Under the pieces are notes generated by a model. It was not told where the DNA came from. It searched no databases and saw only the letters and a program-made list of their open reading frames with translations. The position numbers were made by a program, and so were the translations under genes. Below are positions 12,509-23,779 of a stretch of 64,000 bases of DNA, one piece after another (position 1 is the first letter of the stretch; each line of letters begins with the position of its first letter). This DNA comes from Synechococcus sp. (GTDB lineage: Bacteria; Cyanobacteriota; Cyanobacteriia; PCC-6307; Cyanobiaceae), in contig JBJBDC010000001.1 in assembly GCA_047285535.1 (NCBI GenBank), forward strand, positions 1,440,136 to 1,504,135, in the 5' to 3' direction.

Positions 12509-12868
12509 TTAAGAATCTGACTCGACGATGTCCGAGTCTTCCAACGCATCCATCAGTGAAGAGCTAAGGCTATTATCAACAAGCTCATCATAAAGAAGAT
12601 CGAGGCCAATCAAAACGCGTTCTCGGTCGGAAAGATCTCCAATAATCCGACGAACGGGAGGCGGGAGAATTTTGGATAATGTCGGCGTTGCGAGAATTTT
12701 ATCTTCTTCCGCAAGCTGAGGATTTTTAAGGACATCAATAACTTTTAAGGCATAAACTCCCTTAAACTCAGTCTCAAGAATATTCCGAAGTGTCTTCAAT
12801 GCTCGCATTGAATTTGGCGTATTACCGGCAACATAAAGTTTGAGAATGTAGGTCTTACGTGGACTCAT
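12509..12868 (-). CDS. kaiB: Circadian clock protein KaiB
   Basis: [34 protein letters not shown]. Confidence 0.98.
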   Translation of the reverse strand: MSPRKTYILKLYVAGNTPNSMRALKTLRNILETEFKGVYALKVIDVLKNPQLAEEDKILATPTLSKILPPPVRRIIGDLSDRERVLIGLDLLYDELVDNSLSSSLMDALEDSDIVESDS

Positions 12869-13767
12869 GAGATCACCTCCGAATCCTGACGCAAAAGACG
12901 CTGAGATCCCGATGAAAACAAAGGAATATCTGCAGGGATGGACCGTCGATACATTTCGCAGAGGTGAGCCATGACATCCAGTAAGGCGAGGCGGTAATCC
13001 TGAAGAAAGTCGTCCTTGTGGCCCTCAAGTCTGAGTTGTTTCCAAAAGTCGTCAATCAGATTCATATGGATCTCAACGGTTTGGGTGATTGGCAAGTCGC
13101 CAAAAAAGGCTGTATTGACAAAACTCTCTAAGGCTTGGTTGGCTGCTGCAGGGTCGCGGAAATAACTAATCAAGAGATCTCGATAAGTTCGCTGAAGCGA
13201 CTGAATTAACTCCCCTTGTTCATTTGGAGAAAGATTAGCCAAAAACCGTGAGGGGTCTCGTTTGTAAAAAACCCCCAGATAACCAAGCCTCTCCTGCAAG
13301 CGGTTCGATAATTTCCAGGCACTTCCAGCGGGCTGCCCCCCTACTTGTTCCGAGTCAACAGACCCAACATCAGGATCAGGCCTGAAATCTTTTTGTCCGT
13401 GGCGTAGAAAGCGAGAAATTGCGGCATCAACGTTGTAGCCGAGCTGCTCCAGCTGATCACCTGGCAGGTGAACCTCCTCAGGGTGGTAATCCACATGCCC
13501 CATTAATTCACCCACAACAACAGCGGGGAAGAGCAAGCCACGCCCCAGTAAGGCCTCGCGCGTCTCGGCTTGAAGGAGAGATTGCTCTATGACCACGGCA
13601 TCAACAGCCTCGCGTTGTTGCGCCAAAGCTGTAACCAAATCAACTTCGGAGTCTTCCAGACCTAGATCCAATGGGGTATAGCGATTGCTAGGCAACCACT
13701 GGCAACAGGCCGATTCGAGCTCAGGCGACCTCAACAACAACGCAATCGTGAGTGCCGGCCTGGTCAT
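12865..13767 (-). CDS. kaiA: Circadian clock protein KaiA (full length)
   Basis: [44 protein letters not shown] 13767. Confidence 0.96.
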   Translation of the reverse strand: MTRPALTIALLLRSPELESACCQWLPSNRYTPLDLGLEDSEVDLVTALAQQREAVDAVVIEQSLLQAETREALLGRGLLFPAVVVGELMGHVDYHPEEVHLPGDQLEQLGYNVDAAISRFLRHGQKDFRPDPDVGSVDSEQVGGQPAGSAWKLSNRLQERLGYLGVFYKRDPSRFLANLSPNEQGELIQSLQRTYRDLLISYFRDPAAANQALESFVNTAFFGDLPITQTVEIHMNLIDDFWKQLRLEGHKDDFLQDYRLALLDVMAHLCEMYRRSIPADIPLFSSGSQRLLRQDSEVIS

Positions 13768-13902
13768 CCAAAACGAAAGGTGTTCTGTTAAATCTTGACG
13801 AAAGAGAGCTCGAAGGTCGAAGATCTTTGTTTGTCTTTCGATTGCGGCACAGGCCAAATCGGTAGTTTTCAAGCCACCGAGCCTTGTCGCGTCCAGCAGC
13901 CC

Positions 13903-14274
13903 ATGGCAGACACCAGCAGCACAAAAACGACTCCAGAATCAGGGGCATACGCCATTGTTGAAGCCTCTGGGCAGCAATTCTGGCTTCAGCCCAATCGTTA
14001 CTATGACCTCGACCGGCTGCATGCTGAAGTCGACGCCACCATCACTGTCGACAAAGTTCTTCTTGTCAAAAGCGGAGAGAAGGCCACCGTTGGGAAACCC
14101 TATGTCGAGGGGGCAAGTGTGGAGCTCAAAGTTATGGCCCATCGTCGAGGTCAAAAGGTCATCGTTTACAAGATGCGCCCCAAAAAGAAGACAAGACGTA
14201 AGAATGGGCATCGACAGGAGCTCACACGAGTGATGGTCGAATCCATCTCCGTAGGAGGAAAGCCCATCAGCTGA
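13903..14274 (+). CDS. rplU: 50S ribosomal protein L21
   Basis: YAIVEASGQQF, KKKTRRKNGHRQ. Confidence 0.97.
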   Translation: MADTSSTKTTPESGAYAIVEASGQQFWLQPNRYYDLDRLHAEVDATITVDKVLLVKSGEKATVGKPYVEGASVELKVMAHRRGQKVIVYKMRPKKKTRRKNGHRQELTRVMVESISVGGKPIS

Positions 14275-14323
14275 ATGCTGAAATCAGCATTTTTAACGAC
14301 ATCATCTTTTCAACCAACTTCCC

Positions 14324-14593
14324 ATGGCACATAAGAAAGGCACAGGTTCAACGCGTAATGGACGTGACTCCAATGCCAAACGCTTAGGAGTGAAGGCCTA
14401 CGGTGGCGAGAGCGTCACAGCAGGATCCATTCTCATCCGCCAGCGTGGCACCTCCGTTCTTCCCGGCGTCAACGTTGGCCGCGGCAAAGACGACACCTTG
14501 TTTGCTCTCACCGACGGGATTGTCAAGTTTGAGTCCATCCGTCGCGGACTTCGCAATCGCAAGCGCATCAATATTGCTGAAGCTGCTCATTAA
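14324..14593 (+). CDS. rpmA: 50S ribosomal protein L27
   Basis: [16 protein letters not shown]. Confidence 0.98.
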   Translation: MAHKKGTGSTRNGRDSNAKRLGVKAYGGESVTAGSILIRQRGTSVLPGVNVGRGKDDTLFALTDGIVKFESIRRGLRNRKRINIAEAAH

Positions 14594-14645
14594 ATCCTCT
14601 CTTTATCTTTGATTTAGGGCGCACAATTCGATACTTCTACCTGTG

Positions 14646-14681
14646 AGACCAATGACCTGCAACAGGCTCATTGGTCTTTTT
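14646..14681 (+). terminator. Intrinsic terminator after rpmA
   Basis: AGACCAATGACCTG-caa-CAGGcTCATTGGTCT followed by TTTT. Confidence 0.7.
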
Positions 14682-14779
14682 AATTTATGATCATTTATGA
14701 ATGATTAACCCGCACAAACAAACTCATTGATAGCTTTTCCAAAAGATCTAAACGACAACGAATACATCAATCAGTGACC

Positions 14780-15535
14780 TTAATTCAGGGGTCGATAAAC
14801 CCTCGTTGTGATCAAAAGCGGGTGAAAAACTTCAAGAAAATGCGATTGCAATGTTCGAAAAAAAGTCTCAATCAGAGCAGGATCGTCAAAATGAAAAGGA
14901 TACTCACCACTGTAACCTTTAAAAAAGTACCAGTTTAATAAGGCCCGGCCATCGGCATTCATCAATGCGTAGAACTGCATGAGTTGCGCGGAGGGGTCAG
15001 GAAGATGTTCCAATACATCAAGGCAAACGATGGTGTCGAAACGTTGGCTAGTGAGATCTTCAAGGTCACGATGAACCGACATTTTCTGATCCAGACCCAG
15101 GGCCATAGCCCTAGACCAAACAAAAGCCCTGTTTTGCGGATTCAGATCAACAAAGTGCACCCTATCGACAGATTCCAGCGCTGCTGCTGCCAATGCATGA
15201 GTGCCAATTCCTCCTCCAAAATCCAAAACAACGCCTCGTGCAAAGTCTTGCTGTAAGCGAAGGGTATCTGCGATGTAGTCAGAACTACTGAGATGCCATG
15301 CCGCCAACTCAAAGAGATGACCAGTTCCTACCGTGCTTTCATAAAAGTCCGTGGCCTGATCCGGCTGAAAAGCACCTGGATGCAACGCAGCTAAATCCTC
15401 TTTGCCAACGGGAAGGCGCTGATCAACCTGCTCCAACGTGAGCTGGAGGTACTGTGCCAAATGGGCACGAATAGAAAAACCGCTATCCAGAAAGTTCTCG
15501 AGATCCACGCGGGGAGATTTACTCAGACTCTGCAT
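14780..15535 (-). CDS. Class I SAM-dependent methyltransferase
   Basis: VLDFGGGIG motif I, FDTIVCLDVLEHLPDP. Confidence 0.88.
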   Translation of the reverse strand: MQSLSKSPRVDLENFLDSGFSIRAHLAQYLQLTLEQVDQRLPVGKEDLAALHPGAFQPDQATDFYESTVGTGHLFELAAWHLSSSDYIADTLRLQQDFARGVVLDFGGGIGTHALAAAALESVDRVHFVDLNPQNRAFVWSRAMALGLDQKMSVHRDLEDLTSQRFDTIVCLDVLEHLPDPSAQLMQFYALMNADGRALLNWYFFKGYSGEYPFHFDDPALIETFFRTLQSHFLEVFHPLLITTRVYRPLN

Positions 15536-15564
15536 CTTCTGCCGGTGGGATATCTTCAATTTAC

Positions 15565-16509
15565 GTGCAGGCACGATGCAACATTCAGAACAGCAACCCT
15601 TCCAACCTCTTGAATCCACCACTTGGCTTTGTGGTGATCGACAAGCCCTCAGGCCTCACTTCCCATGCCTGCGTCAGCCGCATGCGTCGAGTGCTTCAAA
15701 CCCGAAGAGTGGGTCACGGAGGCACGCTTGATCCTGCCGTCACCGGAGTCCTTCCGATTGCAGTCGGCCAAGCCACGCGATTACTTCCGTTCCTTCCAGG
15801 AGACAAGACATACCGCGGGGTCATTCAGCTTGGGGTCAGTACCAGTACCGATGACCTGGAGGGAACTGTCCTTGCAGTTCACGATTGGCCACGTCTGAGT
15901 CTGGAAGACATGAATCAAGCCCTGAATAGGTTTCGCGGCACAATCAAACAGTGTCCTCCTCAGGTTTCGGCAATTCACGTCAATGGCGAACGCGCCCATG
16001 CCAGGGCACGTCGAGGGGAACTGATGGATCTGCCAGCCCGCAGCGTGACCATTCACTCTCTTTCTCTTGAACATTGGGATTGCCGAGAAGGCAAGCTCGG
16101 CCTGGAGGTGCACTGCTCAGCAGGGACCTACATCCGTTCTCTGGCTAGAGATCTTGGCAAGGTCCTGGGATGCGGCGGCCACCTGAACTGGCTTAGACGT
16201 ACCCAAGCCCTTGGATTCGGCGAAGACATTGCCATAGCACTGCCTGAGCACCCAAATGACCAGCCCGCTTCAACGTTGATGCCCATCAGCCTCATCCCCC
16301 CCCAGCAAGCCCTGACTCACTTACCAAGCCGCCGGATTACCGAACAGGAACGTCAAGACTGGAGCTACGGCCGTAACATCATCCATCAAAGTTCAGACGC
16401 TAATGGGCCCACGGTCGTCCTCAGTTCTGAAGACATCATGCTGGGGGTCGGCATCGCCACCGACGACAACCAGCTAAGGCCGAAGATCGTGTTTGAAGCG
16501 TACGGCTAA
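15565..16509 (+). CDS. truB: tRNA pseudouridine(55) synthase
   Basis: [28 protein letters not shown]; true start may be slightly downstream. Confidence 0.95.
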   Translation: MQARCNIQNSNPSNLLNPPLGFVVIDKPSGLTSHACVSRMRRVLQTRRVGHGGTLDPAVTGVLPIAVGQATRLLPFLPGDKTYRGVIQLGVSTSTDDLEGTVLAVHDWPRLSLEDMNQALNRFRGTIKQCPPQVSAIHVNGERAHARARRGELMDLPARSVTIHSLSLEHWDCREGKLGLEVHCSAGTYIRSLARDLGKVLGCGGHLNWLRRTQALGFGEDIAIALPEHPNDQPASTLMPISLIPPQQALTHLPSRRITEQERQDWSYGRNIIHQSSDANGPTVVLSSEDIMLGVGIATDDNQLRPKIVFEAYG

Positions 16510-16526
16510 TTCATACCCCTCTGCTT

Positions 16527-17312
16527 ATGGCCGGCCACAGCAAATGGTCACAAATCAAACGCACCAAGGCGGTAGTCGATGGAAAGCGCAGTGCACGTTT
16601 CACGAAGCTCGGGCGCGAAATCACTGTGGCCGCTCGCAATGGAGCAGAGCCAAGCGGTAATTTTCAACTTCGAACGGCGATTACAAAAGCACGGGCTGCT
16701 GGAATGCCTGCAGTCAACATTGAACGTGCCATCACGAAGGGATCTGGCACAGAAGAAGCTGGATCGAGATTGGAAATGATTCGATATGAAGGCTATGGCC
16801 CAGAAGGCATGGCCGTGCTTGTGGAAGCGCTAAGCGATAACCGAAACCGCACAGCCGCAGAGATCAGACTGGCCTTCAGCAAAAACGGAGGCAAACTTGG
16901 CGAGTCAGGATGCGTGCGTTATCTCTTTGTGCATCGCAGTGAAGTAAGACTGAACGGACACGGCGAAGAAGAAGCCCTTCTCGAAATCCTGCTCAACCTA
17001 GATGCTGAAGGCTACGTATTAGATAGGGATGGCACCACCGTCGTCCACGGTGGATTTGAAGCACTTGAACATCTACAACAAGGATTGCAAGACGGTGGCT
17101 GGGAGGTCATCAGCTGGGAACATTGCTGGCACCCACTTGCATTGATTGAGATCAAGAGCCAAGACAGTTCAAAGATCTGCCAACAATTGAAAGAAGCTTT
17201 GGAGTCCTTGGATGACGTTTGCAGCGTAAGCACCAACCTTGCGCCCAATGGAATGGATAATCACTTGCAGGGACTGAATGATAATAGTTCAAAAACAGGG
17301 ATTCAGAGCTGA
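16527..17312 (+). CDS. yebC: YebC/PmpR family protein
   Basis: [24 protein letters not shown]. Confidence 0.95.
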   Translation: MAGHSKWSQIKRTKAVVDGKRSARFTKLGREITVAARNGAEPSGNFQLRTAITKARAAGMPAVNIERAITKGSGTEEAGSRLEMIRYEGYGPEGMAVLVEALSDNRNRTAAEIRLAFSKNGGKLGESGCVRYLFVHRSEVRLNGHGEEEALLEILLNLDAEGYVLDRDGTTVVHGGFEALEHLQQGLQDGGWEVISWEHCWHPLALIEIKSQDSSKICQQLKEALESLDDVCSVSTNLAPNGMDNHLQGLNDNSSKTGIQS

Positions 17313-17330
17313 GGAATTGGCGTTAGACAG

Positions 17331-17504
17331 ATGATGCGCAAACCCTGGCAGCATGAACTAGAAGACACTCTGAATGCCTTCCGAAACAAAAACAGAGACG
17401 AACGAATTTCCATGCATGAACTTGTCCATATGCAAGAACAATTCAAAGAATATCTGATCAGCCATGAAAAAAAGAATCCCAGTGGTCATTCGAGTAATGA
17501 ATAG
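17331..17504 (+). CDS. Putative 57-aa protein with an EF-hand-like loop
   Basis: Manual translation MMRKPWQHELEDTLNAFRNKNRDERISMHELVHMQEQFKEYLISHEKKNPSGHSSNE; starts 18 nt after the yebC stop. Confidence 0.35.
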   Translation: MMRKPWQHELEDTLNAFRNKNRDERISMHELVHMQEQFKEYLISHEKKNPSGHSSNE

Positions 17505-17803
17505 CCGAAACAACTATGGAGTCTTCGAAAAGAGTTTAGACCAATAAACATCAACAAATCCACAATTCTTCAGACCAAACCTATGTAAAACCCGAGCAGA
17601 ATGCTGATGTCCCGAGTTCAATAACGACTACCGAGGACATCCGTCTCTACCAATTGCTTTACATACTATTGCCAAAGCAGCTCTCCATTGATCAACAAAC
17701 TCGTCTTAACAATGGTCCAGGCGCCATCGCACGATCAAAATATACCCAGGCCTTATTGCATCAAATTAACTTTAGACCTAGATTGAAGCAGCTTGCTCTA
17801 TTC

Positions 17804-18295
17804 ATGATGTCTTCGCTTCGGATTTTTCCTGCTGTGTTGGCCACAAGCCTGGTGTTGGCAGCCTGCCAGTCGGCCGAGCAAAAAGCCATCAACAATGAAA
17901 AGAGCGTTGTTTCCGACTTAAATCTAGTTTGCGAAGCACAAGCCAATGTTGACACTGCACTTGTATCCGTCAGCGAATTAACTCCACAGTCAACAATCGC
18001 AGAGGCCGAGAAAGCAGGAAAGTCACTCGAAACAGCATTATTAGCGTTAGACAATGCAGAAGATAAGCTAAAAAAAGCAGAGGTTCGTGAATATCGAGAT
18101 CAAGTTGAGATCTTCCAAAAGCACGTTGACACGATTCGCAAGAATAAAGAGATGACTCTTGAGCAGGCTGCCAATGAGCTAAAAAGCAAAGTAGCACCAT
18201 TAATAGCAGCCAGCGAACAACTCTCAGCGGTCATCACTTGTGATGATAATGGAGTTCCTAGTGATGAGACGCCCGATTCCGAATCGCAATCCTGA
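17804..18295 (+). CDS. Putative helical lipoprotein
   Basis: Signal peptide with lipobox LAAC from ATG 17804; helical body. Confidence 0.8.
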   Translation: MMSSLRIFPAVLATSLVLAACQSAEQKAINNEKSVVSDLNLVCEAQANVDTALVSVSELTPQSTIAEAEKAGKSLETALLALDNAEDKLKKAEVREYRDQVEIFQKHVDTIRKNKEMTLEQAANELKSKVAPLIAASEQLSAVITCDDNGVPSDETPDSESQS

Positions 18296-18374
18296 AGCGA
18301 TCAAAGAACATAGCTCATAGAAATTTGACCTTGCTTCTGCGAATAGCAGAAGCATTTATAAAGACTTTCTGCCA

Positions 18375-18578
18375 ATGATTAGTTTTCCAAAACGACTGTT
18401 AAATCTCCTCTTAAATTTTATCTTTGTGATGTGCTTAGGACTAAGCTTTTTTGTGACGGCATGTAGCAATAGCACCTCGGCAAATACCAATGACTCGGTT
18501 CAAGCCGCCGCCTCGGTAGAGCTAGGAGACCTTGATCAAGACGATAGCGAAGTGATGGATTCGATTGATATTTTATAA
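18375..18578 (+). CDS. Small putative lipoprotein with an acidic tail
   Basis: Hydrophobic N-terminus, VTAC lipobox, tail DLDQDDSEVMDSIDIL. Confidence 0.6.
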   Translation: MISFPKRLLNLLLNFIFVMCLGLSFFVTACSNSTSANTNDSVQAAASVELGDLDQDDSEVMDSIDIL

Positions 18579-18976
18579 AAAAATAGGACCAACCATGTTT
18601 CCCATTATCGGTGACTTTTCATTGAGAGCATTTGTCGACTAATCCATAATCAATAACTTACAATATAAAGATCCACCTCTCTAAATAACTCATTGAATAC
18701 TGGATTCGACTAACCCTTGAGATGTATCTTCTATAGAAACACACATCATGACTAGGTGCGACAAACAGAACTGTCAGTCCCCTATTGAGAAGTAGAGACG
18801 ACATTGTTTAAATGGGAAATACACGCTCGACCTGTGGACAACTCTCTAGATTCTCCTTTGACTCGCTACAACCATTTAGATCGTGCCAATCTGAAGATAG
18901 AATTAGAATTTTCCCGATATAAGCCGTCGATACTAGAAAAATATACTGAGCCAATTAGATCATCATAAAGCAAACT

Positions 18977-20431
18977 TCATTTAGCATCTGAACATGCAAT
19001 CACCTTAAGTTCCAGAAACTCTTTAATCCCATCGGCCCCACCTTCCCTACCAATACCAGATAACTTATAGCCACCAAATGGAGATCCTGGAGCTATAAAT
19101 GCACCATTAATATTGATCGTACCGCTGCACAACGATCGAGCAACGCGTTGCGCACGATCATGATCTGAAGTCTGTATGTATGCTGCCAATCCATAAGGAT
19201 TGTCATTCGCTATTTCAATCGCTTGTTTTTCCGAATCAAAAGGAATCATGCACAAAACGGGGCCAAATATCTCTTCTCTAGCAATTTTCATGGTATTCGT
19301 GACATCAGCAAAAATTGTCGGCCGTGCATAATAACCCACCTGAAATTCCTTTGGCTTGCCAAGACCTCCAGAAATGCAGCGTGCTCCTTCCTTAATGCCA
19401 CATGCAATAAAGGATTGAACCCGTTCAAATTGAATCTGACTCACCAATGGCCCTAGGTGATGCCCTGCATCAGCGGGATCACCAACAACGACTTGATCAC
19501 ACTTTGTACAGGCCAACTCAATAGACTCTTCATAAACAGAGTGCTCAATTAGCATTCGAGTGGCTGCATCGCAACTCTGTCCAGAGTTAATGAAACATGC
19601 GTCAATTCCTTGATCAATAGCACGTGGCAAATTGCAGTCTGCAAAGACAAGATTGGGAGACTTTCCTCCTAACTCAAGGGTCGTCCTAGCTATCCGTTCG
19701 GCAGAATTACCAATAATGCTACGACCCGCTCCCGTTGAACCGGTGAAGGAAATCATCGCAACATCTGAATGTCTTGAAAGTTCCAGACCTGCAACCTGAC
19801 CAAGTCCATGAACTAAATTGAAAACACCTTTTGGAACTCCCGCTTCATGCATCACTTCGGCAAAAAGAATTGCAGAAAGAGGCGTTAATTCTGAAGGTTT
19901 TAAAACCATAGTGCAACCAGCAGCAAGTGCTGGAGCAACCTTGAGGACAATCTGATTAATTGGCCAGTTCCAGGGTGTGATTAGGCCACAAACTCCTATC
20001 GGCTCCATGACAAGAGTGTCACCGTTATTGAGTTGTTTTTCAAATTCAAAAGCATTGACATCCTCAATGAGAGCAACCAAATGATCGATTCCAGACTGCG
20101 CTTGAGAATTCCTCGCAAAATCTTTTGGCGCTCCCATTTCTAACGAGATCAAAGCAGCAAATTCATCAACTCTTCGCTCATAGATTGAAAGAATGTTGTT
20201 CAACAGAGCTAAGCGATCTTTTTTAGGATAATATCGAAAAGACTCAAATGCTAAAGAGGCAGAAGCGACAGCATTGGTGACATCAAGTTCGTTGCCAAGT
20301 GCAAGACTTCCAAGGCTATCTTCAGTCGAAGGATTAATAATAGACAGCCTCTCATCACCTATAGCCTCTGTCCATTTACCATCAATATAAAACAACGATA
20401 GCTTTTCAAATACCTCAGAGGCTTTAAACAC
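18977..20431 (-). CDS. NAD(P)-dependent aldehyde dehydrogenase
   Basis: PWNWP, KPSE, FTGS, ELGGKSP, NSGQSC (catalytic Cys), EEIFGP, PFGGYK.SGIGRE. Confidence 0.95.
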   Translation of the reverse strand: MFKASEVFEKLSLFYIDGKWTEAIGDERLSIINPSTEDSLGSLALGNELDVTNAVASASLAFESFRYYPKKDRLALLNNILSIYERRVDEFAALISLEMGAPKDFARNSQAQSGIDHLVALIEDVNAFEFEKQLNNGDTLVMEPIGVCGLITPWNWPINQIVLKVAPALAAGCTMVLKPSELTPLSAILFAEVMHEAGVPKGVFNLVHGLGQVAGLELSRHSDVAMISFTGSTGAGRSIIGNSAERIARTTLELGGKSPNLVFADCNLPRAIDQGIDACFINSGQSCDAATRMLIEHSVYEESIELACTKCDQVVVGDPADAGHHLGPLVSQIQFERVQSFIACGIKEGARCISGGLGKPKEFQVGYYARPTIFADVTNTMKIAREEIFGPVLCMIPFDSEKQAIEIANDNPYGLAAYIQTSDHDRAQRVARSLCSGTININGAFIAPGSPFGGYKLSGIGREGGADGIKEFLELKVIACSDAK

Positions 20432-20921
20432 GAGACAAATACATGGATATCAAATTCTAACCAATATTCCTTTCTTCGCCTCCTTAGAAGAAGCAGAAAC
20501 ACACACTCTCTTTGCGAAATACAAAAGCCAAAAGCATCCTCAACTCTTACACGAAGACGCAAAGGAAAAACCGGAATCACTGAAAACAGGCATTCATTAA
20601 AAAGAATATTCATTTAAATTAAGGAAGCAAAGGAATTCGCAGAGGCATAATATGAGCATCCAAAAAAAGAAAATATTGAATTCAAGTAGCATCTCAAATC
20701 AAAGCAACAGATTCCGATCAAATCATTCCTATACCTCCTACTATGCAAAAGCCCAATCAAGCACAAACACAGTGTGCAGATAGCAGCGATAAAGAAATGA
20801 CTTAGGAATGATCATCAACCATTGAGTCGTTGCCATTCAAAGGTCTCAAAATACCTCAACAAAATTCTGCTTGAGACTTGCAGTCTGTCCGAACCAAGCA
20901 TGCTTCCTTTGCCTTACCAGG

Positions 20922-21824
20922 CTAAGTCCGTTGAAGTTGATGGATAAGTAATGCCAAAAGAATCATGGAAGCACCGAGTATTGCCGAAACTCCAAGGGGT
21001 TCTCCTAGAAACAGATGGGCTCCGACTAAAGCTACGACTACTGTAAGAGAGCTCCATAAGCTGATCTGTGCTGCGCCCAGATACTGATAGCACTTCATCA
21101 AGGTCCATTGGCTGCCAAGGCTAATGCTGATTCCATAAAGACCGATAACACCCATAACCCACCAGAGCTGAAGAGACATGAAGTGGTCAGGTCCGTAAAC
21201 GATCAGCGCAAGGATGGCAAAGACAGCGGCTGATGCAGTACTACCAAGTCCAACGGTTAGGCCAACACCCATTCCTCGGCTAGTGCAGATGCGATTCAAC
21301 ACACCACCTATTGCAAAAGCTATTACGGCAACGCTTCCCCAAGCCAAACCTTGCCATTCCTGCTGCTGAATCAGCCTGGACATCACCCCACCAGTACTCA
21401 TAGAGCCCAACACCACACCAGCTGAGATCAGAGCCAAAGTGAAAGGAAACTGCTTGGGTAATCTTTCCTTGAGAAATGCTTTCGCTGTGAGTGTAGAAAG
21501 CGGAACAGTGAGGCTGAACAACAGGGTCTGCGTGACAACACTGAGATGTTCCAGAGCGAGATAAAAGCCCACAGGTCCAAGGAAATATCCCAAAAATCCT
21601 TGCCAACCAAGAAGCCAGCGCTCTGCCAGGGGCAATTGCGGCAGTTGGACTTTGACCATGGATCGATCCAGAAAAAGCATCACGACTCCAGTGATCAGGC
21701 TGGAGAAAAAAAACACATTGCAAAAACTGATGAGATCACCACCACCTCGTTGTAGCAGCTTCAACACATTGCCTTCCATGCCGCGTAGAAGAATGAAAAG
21801 CAAAAGTACAAAAACTGGTTTCAT
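20922..21824 (-). CDS. DMT/EamA family transporter
   Basis: About 10 TM helices in two repeats ending FLKERL and LFLGEPL. Confidence 0.85.
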   Translation of the reverse strand: MKPVFVLLLFILLRGMEGNVLKLLQRGGGDLISFCNVFFFSSLITGVVMLFLDRSMVKVQLPQLPLAERWLLGWQGFLGYFLGPVGFYLALEHLSVVTQTLLFSLTVPLSTLTAKAFLKERLPKQFPFTLALISAGVVLGSMSTGGVMSRLIQQQEWQGLAWGSVAVIAFAIGGVLNRICTSRGMGVGLTVGLGSTASAAVFAILALIVYGPDHFMSLQLWWVMGVIGLYGISISLGSQWTLMKCYQYLGAAQISLWSSLTVVVALVGAHLFLGEPLGVSAILGASMILLALLIHQLQRT

Positions 21825-22371
21825 TAAAAACTCAGCAGAAGTCCAACGAGGTCAAGCGAGATAAAATTCAAAGCATTTTTCAATACTTGTGCACAGATCA
21901 GCTGCATCCAACGACTCCTTCCATAATGAATATCACACTATAATCGCACTTAATCATGGAAGATACGAAGAAGAAACACAATGTCGAAAATGAACATTGA
22001 GACAATGAGATTTATGGGCCAACCCAATTTGAAACACGCGAAAGAGCTTAATAAACCACAAAAGCAGAACAACTCAATTTGGGCAGGCAAGATCTAAAGA
22101 CCAAGCTCTTACTCAGGCAAAGAAATAGCAAAAGCAGGTAATAGCAGTCAATTTTTCAAAGCATATTCAATACCAACCACAAACCTACAACGCACCGAGC
22201 ATCCTTAGACAAAGCAATTAAAGCGCCTAGAAAAACTTACAAAGCGAAAAGTCAGGATCAACTTGGAAAACAGCGCCCAGTTGATGATCATTAATTTCGA
22301 AGATCGAAACCATAAATAAACCACAAATGCTTGATGCATTGCCACCACTAGCGTCAAGACAAAGAGATTAC

Positions 22372-22395
22372 AAAAAACCCCACCAATGGCGGGGT
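22372..22395 (-). terminator. Intrinsic terminator
   Basis: Minus strand reads ACCCCGCCATTGGTGGGGTTTTTT. Confidence 0.75.
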
Positions 22396-22549
22396 GAGAA
22401 TGAGATCCAAGGAGCTATGATGAGACTTCAGATGACTATTTTTGACGTCGATGCTGATAATAAACTACTAACAACATGGAGCCAAAGTAAATGGCATCCC
22501 ATCTCAATCATCTCTACATTCAGGTGAGCACCATATTGAATGGAGGGAA

Positions 22550-22747
22550 TTACATATTGACCTTTTTCCAAGCCGCTACTTTCTCGGCGATGCAATTCTC
22601 GTCGGATTGATCTGCTTGGCTGTTGCCAGCAACAGCTTCGTTACATTGCTCAGTGATTTGACTCATGACTGAATCGGGCACCTCTCCAGCTGAAACAGCA
22701 AGGGGGGCAGCGATGGCAACAATGATGGCGGCAAATGCTGTTTTCAT
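22550..22747 (-). CDS. Small secreted protein (65 aa, two Cys)
   Basis: Signal peptide MKTAFAAIIVAIAAPLAVSA from ATG 22747. Confidence 0.75.
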   Translation of the reverse strand: MKTAFAAIIVAIAAPLAVSAGEVPDSVMSQITEQCNEAVAGNSQADQSDENCIAEKVAAWKKVNM

Positions 22748-23779
22748 TGGGTTTGAAGGACTCAACAGAGGTCTAGCTCCAAAAAAACAGTGCGTCATCA
22801 CCAGAAAGACCAATCGAACCACTTTGCACTATGAATGTACGCATTGAACACACGATTGAATCAAATAGCACATCATCGTGTTGATATGGATTTAGCAATG
22901 ACTTGCCTCGATTCGATCTGAGCCATATGTCACAAAATGCTGATAGGGGCTTCGTTCATGAAGCCACGGAGCTTAATGGCATGACCAATTGACTCATGAG
23001 TCAGATATTTATTGGAACAAAAGCCTGAGCGCTCCAATAAAGTATCGGATAAATTTAAAAATGATTAGAGATAGAGTACAAAAGAGACACGAAGGAAGGT
23101 GATAATTCACAGTCAATCTCAATAAAAATGAATAATTAATTGCCCATGAAGTGAACTCAGAATGCATGCAGGGGCGTAAGCATCAAGAACCAAGATCAGA
23201 GGCCAAATGCGGACAGTGATTGCTCAAAATGGTGTTACGATTTTCGAGCACTAATAACTAAGGTTAATGAATTGAATCAGACCTAGAAGGAGAAGAAAAT
23301 GCAGCTCATTAAATATAAAGCAGATGATTATAGGATCTCAACAAAGCAAAGCAAGGGGAACACGCGAAGCAAGAGGGCAACAAAGACGCTAATAGAATAT
23401 AAAATAAGACCATAACGACTGGTGCTATAAATCTTCAAGAGATAACTACAAAAAATCAAGCTAAAAAGGAGCCTGTCAAAAATTCACCTCTCCAAGTCCC
23501 CCATTGCAAAGCATCCATAAAGTGAAAACCAGTCTATGACTTGACAATACAAAACAATACCTAAAAGAGGACAGGAATCGTCTATTAATAGCAAGAGAAG
23601 AGGAAGTACGAATTAACAAGATCAATCATTTTGAAGTAGACAAGCAACTTCAATCCTAGAGACTCAGGATCTCGGAATGAAATGATATAGCTCATATGAA
23701 AAGTTTCAAATCAGAGCATGCTCTTGACGATTGATGTGCTACAAAGCTCTAATTGACTCGTGTTCTCTATAACAACGTC

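Noticed and set aside
20359..20613. 84-aa minus-strand ORF overlapping the ALDH start
   Set aside because: Different frame from the ALDH, which is already complete; composition not protein-like
22990..23003. Perfect 14-bp palindrome TGACTCATGAGTCA
   Set aside because: A few palindromes of this length are expected by chance in 64 kb; no supporting context
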